64,000 nucleotides of DNA. It comes from Malacoraja senta. Its lineage: Eukaryota. Shown in pieces: positions 1 through 12,204 of the stretch; positions within the stretch are counted from its first letter, which is position 1, and each line of letters opens with the position of its first letter. The position numbers were made by a program, and so were the translations under genes. The DNA lies in the NCBI GenBank assembly GCA_038087875.1, contig CM075990.1:5272001-5336000 (forward strand). Direction: 5' to 3'. The notes under the pieces were generated by a model. The model made no database searches. It was not told the origin of the DNA and saw only the letters and a program-made list of their open reading frames with translations.

Positions 1-362
1 AAGATATCAACTGTTGTTGCTTCTTAGTATTGGTTGGATTTTAAGTTATAAAATCATAGGGTTTTACTGTGTTGAAAAATGCCCTTTGGCCCAACTTGTT
101 CACACGGGCCAACATGTCCCATCTACACTAGTACCACCTGCCTGCATTTGGCCCATAAACCTCTAACTTTGTCCCATCCATCTAAAACCTCTGTCTAAAT
201 GTATCTTAAATATTGTGATAGTGAAAGTTAATTTCATTTAGATTTAAGGAAATATAAATAGGATAGTTCCCCTCTCCCCTGACTGTCAGTCTGAAGAGGA
301 GGCTCGACCTGAAACGTCACCCATTCCTTCTCTCCAGAGATGTTGCCAGTCCCGCTGAGTTA

Positions 363-638
363 AGGGCCTGACCCACTTGGCGATTTTTTCGGCGACTGCC
401 GGCGTCATATCAGTGTCGCCAAAAGATTTTGAACATTTCAAAATCTAGCAGCGCCAAAAAAAAATTGCGACACTTGAAAAAAACACCGCGCGTCATACGT
501 CATCACGCCGTGTGATGCCGCGTCACCGCCGCATCACGCCGCGTCACGCCGCATTATGCTGCGAACTTTTCGGTGACCTGCTACGTCAGTCAATGATGCC
601 GGCAGTCGCCGAAAAAACCGCCAAGTGGGACAGGCCCT
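363..638. mobile_element. PIF/Harbinger-like MITE
   Basis: TIR agggcctg(a/t)cccacttggcg and its reverse complement, TTA/TTA duplication. Inserted into a Penelope-derived arm at gctgagTTActccagc. Confidence 0.8.
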
Positions 639-729
639 TTACTGCAGCATTTTGTGTCTATCTTCGGTCACAGAGGACCCCTGCACGACTTGTCTTCCCC
701 TCCAGGCAGTACCGACCCATCCGCCGGAA

Positions 730-1180
730 GAAAGTGGAGGCTTTGGAAAGGGTGCAGAGGAGGTTTACCAGAATGTTGCTTGGATTAGGAGGTATTAGCT
801 CTAGGGAGAGGTTGGGCAGGCTAGATTGTATTCTCTGGAATGCTGGAGGTTGCTGGGAGACCAGATTGAAGTATGTAAAATTACATGGAGTGGATGTCAG
901 AATCTTTTTCCCAGGATGGAAAAAAACAAATTTATAGAGGGCATAGATTTGAGGTGAGAGGGGCAATGTTTAAAGTGGATGTATTAAGGCGCTACTCGGG
1001 GTAGTGGTTGAAGTATATATGTTAGTGGCATTTAAAAGACTTTTGCATTGGCACATGGATACGTAGGGAATGGAGGGATATGGGTTATGTGCAGGTAGAT
1101 AAGTGATGGTATTGGCATCATGTTCAGCACAGACTTTGAGGGCCAAAGGTTCTGTTCTTGTGCTGTATGTTCAATGTTTT
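730..1180 (+). mobile_element. CR1 LINE 3' fragment
   Basis: ALERVQRRFTRML followed by a degenerate 3' end. Confidence 0.8.
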
Positions 1181-1383
1181 ATGTTGTAACCCTTGGTGTG
1201 TCCACCTCTCCATCTATATCAATGTCTATTTCTGCCTCCTGTTTGCTTCTCAGTGTCCAGCTGATGGTGCATCCGATCCATGCGGCTGAGAGGAGTTACA
1301 AGTGAGCCTGGTCGTCTGTGCTGCAGTGCATGGGTGTGCAGGTCTGGCACCCTCTGCAGTCAGCTAGTGGTTCTTTCCCTTTA

Positions 1384-1655
1384 AAGTGAAGTGGAAAAGA
1401 TTTAATAGGAATCTGAGGGGTAACTTTTTCACACAAAGGGTGGTGGGTGTATGGAACGAGCTGCCAGAGGAGGTAGTTGAGGCTGGGACTATCCCAACAT
1501 TTAAGAAACAGTTGGACAGGTACATGGATAGGACAGGTTTGGAGGGATATGGACCAAACGCGAGCAGGTGGGACGAGTGTAAGTGGGACATGTTGGCCGG
1601 TGTGGTCAAGTTGGGCCGAAGGACCTGTTTCCAAACTGTATCACTGCATGACTGT
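1384..1655 (+). mobile_element. CR1 LINE 3' fragment
   Basis: RFNRNLRGNFFTQRVVGVWNELPEEVVEA. Confidence 0.85.
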
Positions 1656-2422
1656 ACGACTAGATCTGCCAGTGAGCTCTCGGTATGTTTTGGTCCTTTG
1701 TTTCGGGTCAATCACCTTTCATCCCAGCTCATGAAATGTTATCAACCTGAAACATTCGATGTAGAAACAAGGAACTGCAGATGCTGGTTTGCAAAAAAAA
1801 GACTCAAAGTGCTGGAGTAACTCAGAGGGTTAAGCAGCATCTCTGGAGAATGTGAATAGGTGACGGCTAAATGAAGAATAACACAAAACTATCGGGCAGA
1901 AGTTATGTGGCACAATGACACAGCGGTAGAGTTGCTGCCTTACAGCGCCAGAGACCCAGGTTCGATCCTGACTACAGGTGCTGTCTGTATGGAGTTTGCA
2001 TGTTCTCGCTGTGACTGCGCAGGTTTTCTCTGCGTGTTCCATTTTCCTCCCACACTCCAAAGATGTGCAGGTTTGTAGGTTAATTGGCGACTGTAAATTG
2101 TCTCCTTTGTGTAAGATATAATGAGAGTGCGGGTTATCGCTGGTCGGTGTCGACTCGGTGGGCCGAAGGGCCTGTTCCCATGCTGTATCTCTAAACTAAA
2201 CTAGAGTATTCCTAAACTAAGGTTACGTTTTGGGTCGGGACCCTTCTTCAGACTCAAATATCAACCTGAAACATCATGCCAGCTTTTATCCCTGCAGATG
2301 CTGGCTGGCCTGCTGAGTGTTTCCAGCGTTTTATGTTTTAGCAACGATCTAGTACTTGCAATGCACCAATCAAAGCTTGGGGAGCAGGCTGCTGGGCCGA
2401 ACACACCACATGTGAAAACCTG

Positions 2423-3395
2423 TGTAAGAAGGAACTGCAGATGCTGGTTTAAACCGAGTGGAGTAACGCAGTGGGACAGGCAGCATCTCTGGAGAGAAGG
2501 AATGGGTAACATTTTGGGTTGAGACCAGTGCGAAGAAGGGTCTCGACCCGAAACATCACCCATTCCTTCTTGTTACAGAAGGAACTGCAGATGCTGGAAA
2601 ATCGAAGGTACACAAAAATGCTGGAGAAACTCAGCGGGTGCGGCAGCATCTATGGAGCGAAGGAAATAGGCAACGTTTCGGGCCGAAACCCTTCTTCAGA
2701 CTGATAGGGGGTGGGGAGAAGAAAGGAAAAAAGGAAAAAAGGCGGAGGAGGAGCCCGAGGGCTGGGGGATGGGAGGAGACAACCAGAGGGCTGATGAAGG
2801 GGAGGGGACAGCAAGGGCTAGCAGAATTGGGAGAATTCAATGTTCATGCTTAACTCCCTTGTCAATTCTTCCCTTCCCTCCCGTTCCACCACCTCCCCGG
2901 GTACTTTCCCTTGCAACTGCAAGAGATGCAACACTTGTCCCTTCACCTCCCCCCTCGACTCCATTCAAGCACCTAAGCAGTCGTTCCAGGTGCGACAGAG
3001 GTTCACCTGCATCTCCTGCAACCTCATCTATTGCATCTGCTGCTCTAGATGTCAGCTGATCTACATCGGTGAGACCAAGCGGAGGCTTGGCGATCGTTTC
3101 GCCGAACACCTCCGCTCGGTCCGCATTAACCAACCTGACCTCCCGGTGGCTCAGCACTTCAACTCCCCCTCCCATTCCGTATCCGACCTCTCTGTCCTGG
3201 GTCTCCTCCATGGCCACAGCGAGCAACACCGGAAAATGGAGGAAATGCACCTCATATTCCGCTTGGGCAGTCTACATCCTGGGGGCATGAACATTGAATT
3301 CTCCCAATTCTGCTAGCCCTTGCTGTCCCCTCCCCTTCATCAGCATTTTTGTGTACCACCCATTCCTTCTTTCCAGAGATGCTGCCTGTCCCTTT
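2423..3395 (+). mobile_element. Penelope-like retroelement fragment (GIY-YIG endonuclease 3' end) with inverted 3'-end copy
   Basis: ORF 2840-3316 contains PCNCKRCNTC, NLIYCICC, YIGETKRRLGDRFAEH and HFN (GIY-YIG plus Cys motif of Neptune-type PLEs). About 2790-2850 is the reverse complement of about 3285-3345. Flanked by acatgtgaaaacctg (2408) and acacgtgaaaacctg (3396). Confidence 0.88.
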
Positions 3396-3453
3396 ACACG
3401 TGAAAACCTGCTGGGAATCTGGTGGCATTTTTACAGCGAATAGTTTGGTTAGT

Positions 3454-3467
3454 GCGCCCTCTTGTGG
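3454..3467 (-). promoter_or_regulatory. CTCF-like motif
   Basis: The minus strand reads CCACAAGAGGGCGC, a close match to the CTCF core. It lies in a small unique island between repeats. Confidence 0.5.
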
Positions 3468-4390
3468 GCACTTGTCAGCCACAGCCGACGTCGGAAACCG
3501 TGAGTCTGAAGAAGGGTCTCGACCCGAAACGTCACCCATTCCTTCTCTCCAGAGATGCTGCCTGTCCCGCTGAGTTACTCTAGCACTTTATGTCTATCTT
3601 CGTGCTGGTGACACTCTGGCTTTTATAATCTAATTACTTACATTTAAATTGATAATTTGCTATTCAAGGATTCACATCTGTGTCTATATCAACGGTTCAT
3701 GCCTCTGCAAATGAGTCCATTAATGTTAGCTGAGACACAAGGAACTTTACAGTTCAGTTTAGATTAACATAGAAGCATAGAAATTAGGTGCAGGAGTAGG
3801 CCATTCGGCCCTTCGAGCCAGCACTGCCATTCAATATGATCATGGCTGATCATCCTAAATCAGTATCCCGTTCCTGCTTTCTCACCATATCCCTTGATTC
3901 TGTTAGCTCGAGGAGCTATATCGAACTCTCTCTAGAGTTTAGAGATACAGCGTGGAAACAGGCCCTTTGGCCCACAGAGTCCGTGCCGACCTGCACACTA
4001 ACTCTATCCTGCACCCACTGGGGACAATTTACAATTTTACCGAAGTAATTAGCCTACAAACCTGTACGTATATGGAGTGTGGAGGAAACCGGAGCACCTG
4101 GGGAAAACCCACGCAGGTCAGGGGGAGAACGTACAAACTCCATACAGATAGCACCTGTAGTCAGGATCGAACCCGGGTCTCGAATGCGGATGCTGGAATC
4201 ACGAGCAAAACACAAAGTGCTGGAGTAACTCAGCGGGTCAGGCAGCATCTGTGGAGGGAATGAACAGTAACGTCAGTATGTTACCATCCTCGTATGGATA
4301 CAATCGGGATGTTACAATGGATACAAAGTATTTAGGAAGGAACTGCAGATGCTGGTTTAAACCGATGCTAGACACAAAAAGCAGGAGTTA

Positions 4391-5104
4391 AGGGCCTGTC
4401 CCACGGGCAGGCGACTCCATGCGGCAAGCGCGACCTAACCGGAAGCGGGGGCCGTGCGGGGGCCGCGCGGAGGTCGCGGGGCTGGTCCCACGTAGATCGC
4501 CGGAGCCATATGGAGTTGGTCCCGACACCGTGCGGGGCTCCGAAAAACTGACACTGTTCAAAAATTCCACGCGGCAACGGCCTGCCACCCCGCTGGCGCA
4601 TTGAGGTTGCGCGCACCGCCTCGACGCCACGTGCACCGTCTCCGTCAACTCTGGAATTGTTGTGAAGGAAGGAACTGCAGATGCCCATTTACACCGAAGA
4701 TGGACATACCAAAAATGCTGGAGTAACTCAGTAGATCAGGCAGCTTCTGTGGACAGGTGGTGTTTCGGGTCGAGACACCTTCTTCGGACTCAAGTCTTCT
4801 GCAGTCTTCTATGGTCTGAGGAAGGGTCTCGACCCGAAACATCAGCTACCCCGTCTTCACCTACATAAAAACCGAAACATCACCTACCCGTGTTCACCTA
4901 CATAAAAACCGCTCGAGCTTCCAACGGACTTCGCTCGAACTGGACGTCCGCGCACCCCCCCGCTTCCGGTTAGGTTGCGCTCGCCGCATGGAATCGCATG
5001 CCCGTGGGACAGGCCATATGGTGATCACTCGGCCCCCGCACGGCTCCCGCTTCCGGTTAGGTTGCGCTTGCTGCATGGAGTTGCCTGCCCGTGGGACAGG
5101 CCCT
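4391..5104. mobile_element. PIF/Harbinger-like MITE with nested Penelope-derived insert
   Basis: TIR agggcctgtcccacgggcagg. Right end duplicated (about 5003-5015 and 5091-5104). Insert at about 4662-4900. Confidence 0.8.
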
Positions 5105-5311
5105 TAACTCAGTGAGTCAGACAGCATCTCTGGAGAAAGTCTGAAGAAGGGTCTCGTCTTGAAACGTCACCTACCCTTTTCTCCAGAGATGCTGTCTGCC
5201 CGGTGAGTCACTCCAGCTTTTTGTGTCTATCTTGGATTCAAAGTTTTAGTCCTATGACAATGAGTATTTCCTCAGAGGTGTGAAATTGCAGAGGAGCAAG
5301 GAGATATTGGC

Positions 5312-5712
5312 AGGTAGACAAAAGTGCTGGAGAAACTCAGCGGGTGCAGCAGCATCTATGGAGCGAAGGAAATGGGCAACGTTTTCGGGCCAAAACCCTT
5401 CTTCAGACTGATGTAGGGTGGGGGGGGAGAAGAAAGGAAAAAGGAAGAGGAGGAGCCCGGGGGCTGAGGGAGAGCTGAGAAGGGGAGGAGACAGCAAGGG
5501 CTACCGGAAATTGGAGAATTCAATGTTTATGCCGCTAGGGTGCAGACTGCCCAAGCGGAATATGAGGTGCTGCTCCTCCACTTTCCGGTGGTGCTCACTC
5601 TGGCCATTGAGGAGGCCCAGGACTCAGAATGGGAGGGGGAGTTGAAGTGCTGAGCCACCGGGAGATCAGGTTGGTTATTGCAGACCGAGCGGAAGTGTTC
5701 GGCGAAACGATC
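5312..5712 (-). mobile_element. Penelope-like element 3' end
   Basis: Homologous to the reverse complement of the GIY-YIG C-terminus and 3' UTR seen at 2572-3345. Confidence 0.8.
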
Positions 5713-5853
5713 GAATCTCAGAAATAGCGAACAGATAGAAAAATGGTTAACAAAATATGTTTTTCTTTTCCTTTGTGGTTTTGCGGGGTGGCTGGAGTGT
5801 GGAAAACAAAAGCCTGGAAGTGAGACTCCAGTTGTGCTGAATGTGTTGGCTTA

Positions 5854-6613
5854 AGGGCCTGTCCCACTTAGGCTATGTTTCAGCGGACTGCCGGCAAGTT
5901 CGCGGCACTCGCCTGAAAAACCGGGAACTGGAACGGCGACTGTCAGAGTGGAGCACACACACACACACACACAAACACATCGCAAAGGCGGGGGCCAGGG
6001 AAAGCAGGGGAGCACTGTCTGAAATTCACAGGGTGCAAAGCCAAGGTGAATAAGGCACACAGGAAGGTTAAGACGGCTAGCACAGTCTACGGTAAGTCTA
6101 AAAGAGGGGGAAGAAGGGGGGAAGGGGGAGAAGGAGTGGAGACACTTTTAAGAAGCTAGACAACTTTTATGAAGCCAGAGATACACAGCTGTGAGGTTCG
6201 GCGGACATTTAACATTACCGGTCGGTTCTCCTTGGTTCTGAAAACTCGTGCTTACATTTTTTTTCCCCAATGAGCCGATGAAAATGCCCGGTCAGCAAAG
6301 GCGATTAACTAAAACTACCTACGACTACCTCGACTACCTACAACTACAGGGCGACCCCACTACAACTGCACCTACGGCTACAGGAATGTCGATTTTCTGC
6401 ATGGCGACCAATTTTTGGTCGCAGAAAATCTTTCAACACGTTGAAAAATTTGCGGCGACCATACTGAGGCCGCGGTTAGTTCCCAGAACGCGGGAACGCC
6501 TCGCGGCCATGAAGGAGACTCACCAGAGACCACCAGCGAACATGTGGCGACCATGTGGCGAGCGCAGAGTCTCCCGCACTCGCCTAAAAAGTCGCCTAAG
6601 TGGGACAGGCCCT
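5854..6613. mobile_element. PIF/Harbinger-like MITE
   Basis: TIR agggcctgtcccacttaggc ... gcctaagtgggacaggccct. Confidence 0.8.
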
Positions 6614-7559
6614 TAATGCTACTTGAAGTAGTGGATTCAATTTAGTGTTCTGCAAAGATATATTGCAACTCTGGAAAGATATGTTGCCTTTGGATAAGCT
6701 AAAACGCTAATTTCCATTAAATTGTACCAGTGGTGGTATGGTTATATTTTGAGAACAGGTTTATTGACATCATTTTTATGATTAGTGATATACAGCCTGT
6801 CAATTTTCATTTCACTTCCCCATTCTGCACAAACTTTAATGCGGCAAAATATCCCACTAGACTTCAAACTAGACAACACAAAAAGGTGTGACATTGAGTC
6901 ACACAAAGCAGATATTGGAACCACAGTCAAAGTTAACAAAGTTTAACGTAGACAGGCACAGGGAGCTGGAGTAACTCACCGGGTCAGGCAGCATCTCTGG
7001 AGCATTGCAGGTTCCACATTTCCTTGATTACCATTGCTTTCTGCATATCTGACATTCATTTGTCCTAAGTACCATCTATATCTCTTGTTCCCCTGACGCC
7101 CAGTCTGAAGAAGGTAGACAAAAATGCTGGAGAAACTCAGCGGGTGAGGCAGCATCCATAGAGCGACCCGAAACATCACCTATTCCTTCGCTCCATAGAT
7201 GCTGCCTCACCCGCTGAGTTTCTCCAGCATTTTTGTCTACCTTCGATTTTTCCAGCATCTGCAGTTCTTTCTTAAACAACCCAGTCTGAAGAAGATTCTC
7301 GACCCGAAACGTCATCAATTCCTTTTCTCAGGAGATGCTGCCTGACCCGCTGAGTTACTCCAGCTTTTTTTTGTCTGTCTTTGGTTTAAACCAGCATCTG
7401 CATGGTCTAGATACTGAATTTCACTGTAGCTCGGTACATGTGATGCATAAAGTCCCATTGAACCATTGAACCATTGAGCCATTGCCCCCACAACCACTGC
7501 GCTTCGGTGTAAACCAGCATCTGCAGTTCCTCTCTACAAAGTTTAACAAAGTTCACAGT

Positions 7560-8291
7560 GCGTCTTACAGGAAGAGTGAAAGATGGATGGGGAGTAGTAG
7601 AGACCCTTCTACTAGTAGAGAGAAGTGGAGAAGACATTCCCTGGTACTTCGGTAGTTTAGTAGCTTAGTACTTCAGAGTTTAGTTCTGCAGAATCGGTTA
7701 TGAGGCTTTCATTACTGCCAACTCAGGCTGGATAGGTTTGCAGTGTTTGACTTTGCAGCAAGAGTTTGGCTTCTTGTCCTTGTGGAATTACATTTTGCCA
7801 AACTCAGAGCAAGCTGTGCACCATCAGATGTCAGAACATCAGGGCCAAGAAGATCTGGACCTTTCAATTATTGAAGTCATTTTTCCAAATGAGCTCAGCA
7901 TAGGATTTGGCGTATGTTTGGCTGATGGTAGCCAAATTTCTCACGGCTTTTTTCTCCAATAAGAGATTCTAGGCTTGACAAAAACCAAAGAATGTTCATG
8001 TTTCAGGCTCATTTCTTTCAGTGCCATTTCCTCCATGTTGTTAGTGCCCATCTTACGTTTAAACTTCTCATTACAGATGTAATTAATATTTTCTTTCTTC
8101 TAGTTGATCTTATCAATTTGTTCCTTTTATTAATCAGATTTTCCAGATTCTTACTTCTTCGATTTCCTCAGAGATATTTTCTATTTGCTTCTCAAAACTC
8201 TGGCATGTTTGAGTCTGTGGTTATCTTCACCATTTCCACTGGCTTCAGTGCAAACAGTGTTCATTTGAAGCTGTGTAGCCCTGACGTTGGT
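7560..8291 (-). pseudogene. Possible decayed coding exon of an unidentified gene
   Basis: Non-repetitive, purine-rich on the minus strand, preceded by T-rich ...catttatag. E/K/N-rich peptide stretches broken by stops and frameshifts. No family recognised. Confidence 0.25.
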
Positions 8292-11200
8292 CTATAAATG
8301 CCATAATATAAAATATTATAAAATGATACTTCAACCTGGCTAACTTAGATGTGCACGCATACTTTTGAAAGCACACTTACGTCCTTCTCTTGGATTAGTT
8401 TAGTTTAGTTCAGAGATATAGCATGGGAACAGGCCCTTCGGCCCACCAAGTCCACGCCGACCAGCGATCCCCGCACACTAACACTATTTTACACACAATT
8501 TACAATTTTACCAAGCCAATTAGCCTACAAACCTATACATCTGTGGAGTTTGGGAGGAAACTGCAGCACCCGGAGAAAACCCACGCAGGTCACGGGGAGA
8601 ACATACAAACTCCATACAGACAACAACCATAGTCAGGATCAAGGCGCTGTAGGGCAGCAACTCTACCGCTGAGCCACCTTGCTGCTCGATATTGATAAAT
8701 AATTTAGAACAACAATGATTAATTCTTGCAAAATGAACAATTGGCGTTTGCGTCTCTGAGAGGAGGTAAAATAGAGCATGGTCCTATTGAATGAGGAAGA
8801 AATCCTCTTGGTGTCCACATTATGCCTCCTTCATTCATCGTAAGTGAAGATAAAACAACAGTAGATATTTTAACAGTAGATCATTTCCTTCATTTCTTGT
8901 CAGTGGGATCTTCCAGCAAGCAATTTGGCGAATGAACCTGTCTAATAGGAAGTACCTCAAAATAATAAAAGGTAGATCGTGCTGGAGTAACTCAGCGACT
9001 TAGGCAACATCTTGGCTGGACCTGCTAAATTGGTGGTATTGCATGAGCCACCTGTTACATGCCTGCTTCCATTTGCAGTTGGCCAGATGCACAATACTGC
9101 GCATTTATTATATTAAGGCATGGATTCAGGTTGGTTTGCACCCTTACTCAAAATAAACTTGTATTTTATATTACAATTTCCCATTGTCTTCACTTATCCA
9201 CTTTAGAATTTTCTCCAAACCTGTCTATTCGATAGAATAACATGTAGATATATCACTTGACCCAACTTGGCAAAGACAGTGTAAGATCTCTACCTGAACT
9301 TTCTCAACTATAACTTAACATGGTTCTGGTGAAGGGTCTCTGACTCAAAACATTAACTTTGCCCAATTTTGATGACGGTTCAGGAGACACGAGTGGCTGC
9401 AGATGCGGTAGCTTGGAGCAAAAGAAAAAAAAACTGCTGGAGGAACTCAGCAGGTCAGGCAACATCTGTGGAGGCAAAGGCATGCTTGGCGTTCCAGACC
9501 CTGCATCAGATCTGAGTGCAGGGGGAGAAGATGGCTGGTATGAAGAGGTGAGTGGGAGAGGTGCAGCAGTGGGAGGCTGGCAGCAGATGAGAAGGGGGAA
9601 GTTGAGCAGATGGAGCCAGCTGGGGGAGGGGAAGGGTGATAGGTGATCTTGGCCTTCTTCACTGCCAGGGTGAGATCAAATCAAAATAGAACAACACCTC
9701 ATCTTCGCCTCAGTAGTCATAGAGCACAGAAATGGCCGTTCAGCCTAACTCGTCCATGCCGATCAAGATAGCCCATCTAAGCTAGCCCCATTTGACTGCG
9801 TTGGGCCCATATCCCTCTAAACCCCTCTTCGTCATGTACCTGTCCAAGTGCCTTTAAAAATGCTATTATACTACCTGCCTCAACTACCTCTTCTGGTCGC
9901 TCATTCCATATACCCACCGCCCTCTGAGTAAAATAGTTTCCCCTCAGATTTGTATAAATCTTGCCTTACTCACCTTAAACCTATATCCTCTGATTCGTGA
10001 TTCCCCTACCCTGGGTAAAGGACTGTGCATTCACACTATCTGTTCCCCTCATGCAAACCAATGGTATGAACAAAGAATGTTCCAATTTCAGTTTGTCCAA
10101 TCCCTCCACCAATGCTGTCTGACCCACTGAGTTCCTCCAGCACTTTGATTATTGCTCAAGATTCCCGAATCTGCAGTTTCTTGTGTCTCCATCTCTCTCC
10201 TCACCTGGTTCCAACTATCGCCTGCTTCACCCTGCTGTACACAGGCTAACCTGACATTGTTAGCAGCACGGTGGCGCAGCGGTAGAGTTGCTGCCTTACA
10301 GCGCTTGCAGCGTCGGAGACCCGGGTTCAATCCTGACTACAGGTGCTGTCTGTACGGAGTTTGTACGTTCTCCCTGTGACCACGTGGGTTCTCTCCGAGA
10401 TAACCATATAACCATATAACCATAACAGCACGGAAACAGGCCATCTCGGCCCTTCAAGTCCGTGCCGAACATTTTTATTTATTTATTTTTTTTAATTTTT
10501 TTTTTTTTTTTTTTAAATCTTCGGTTTTCTCCCACACTCCAAAGATGTAGGTTAATTGGCTATGGCATAATGTAAATTGTCCCTAGTGTGTGTCAGATAG
10601 TGCTTAATGTGCGAGGATCGCTGGTTGGTGCGAACTCGGTGGGCCGAAGGACATGTTTCCGCTCTGTATCTCTATAGTAAACTAAACTAAACTAAAACCT
10701 TCTACACTCAGACCTGATGAAGGTCTCAGCCGATAATGTCAGCCATCCCCTGCCTTCTCAGATGCTGCCTGACCTACTGAGTTCTTCCAGCAGATTGTTT
10801 TTTTGTGCTCTGAAGAGGGAGCTCTGATTTGATATGTTAACTCCATTTCTCTTTCCACAGCCCCGGCATGCCGAGTGTTGTCAGCATTTTCTATTACTAT
10901 GACAGATTTCCAGCATTTGCGATTTTTACATTTTCAGATTGTGCTTTATTAATAATTGAGACTCTTGAACAGAAAACAAAACAACATCAAAACATATGAG
11001 AAGTCTTCATACTGTGTTTATTTTCTGCGTAAACAATACTGGCATCGTACTCCTTAAAAATATAACATCATAACATTAATGTAACATTAACTAGCCTGGA
11101 GGACATTCAGCGTAAATTTCTGATGAAGTCATGCCACATGGAGAAATTATTGTTTACTTTGAATCTTGGATAACAAACCAGCCTGAAATAGCCGGACAAT

Positions 11201-11892
11201 CCTTTCCAATAATGTGTCAACGATATACAGTTAAACTTTTTGAAGTGACTTGCAAACTAACTTCTTTTAATGTTGTACCCAGGTAAAGATGCCACAAGTT
11301 TAATATGCCACCAGGCACTACCAACCATTGTGTGAGAAACCTGCAATTTCAGTAATGTTGGAGTAACTCAGCAGGTGAGGCAGCATCTCTGAAGAGAAGG
11401 AATGGGTAACGTTTTGGGTGGAGACCCTTCTTCAGACTTATTTTTCATTCATTGTTCTTTATCTCTCTACATCATCATCTATTTCTCTCGTTTCCCTTAT
11501 CCCTAACCAGTCGGAAGGAAGGTCTCGACCCGAAACGTCACCCATTCCTTCTCTCCAGAGATGCTGCCCAATGTGTTACCCACGGAGTTACTCCAGCTTT
11601 TTGTGTGTATCTAAAGAAATGCCTCCACATCTCCTTCCTAAAGGAATGTCTTTTAATTCTAAGGCTATGACCTCTAGTCCTAGACTCTCCCACTAGTCGA
11701 AGTCACCCAATGTCTGGTCAACATCTCTCCCTTACTAAGACCTGAACTAGAGTTTTTATAGTTGTAAAATTGTTGCTCTTGGGATCGTGCTGTGTATGTT
11801 AGGCTTTCTTCTGTCCTGTGCATCTCATAAAAAATATATCATGTCATGTAGTCCGTCAATATATTTTCTTGTTCCATCCTTCTACCTTGCCT

Positions 11893-12204
11893 TAGACTTA
11901 GACTTAGACTTAGATTCCTTTATTGTCATTCAGACCTTTTGGTCTGAACGAAATTTCGTTGCCTGCAGTCATACATATAATAAATAACAAAACACACAAT
12001 AAACACAAATTAACATCCACCACAGTGAGTTCACCAGGCACCTCCTCACTGTGATGGAGGCAAAAGTCTTAAAGTCTCTGTCTCTTCCCTCTTTGTTCTC
12101 CCTCAGCGCTGAGGCGATCCAGGCTTCTGACGTTGTGACCCCGCCGGGTGATGGTAAGTCAGTCCCGCGGCTGAATCCGTGCTCCGTCCGCGACGGGCCG
12201 GTTC
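11893..12204 (-). mobile_element. Young non-coding retroposon with GC-rich body and short-repeat tail
   Basis: Nearly identical to about 63684-64000. Related elements at about 51255-52135 and 57085-57597. The 3' end has stem-loop cagacc-nnnn-ggtctg, then gacaataaa and a hexamer-repeat tail. Confidence 0.7.
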
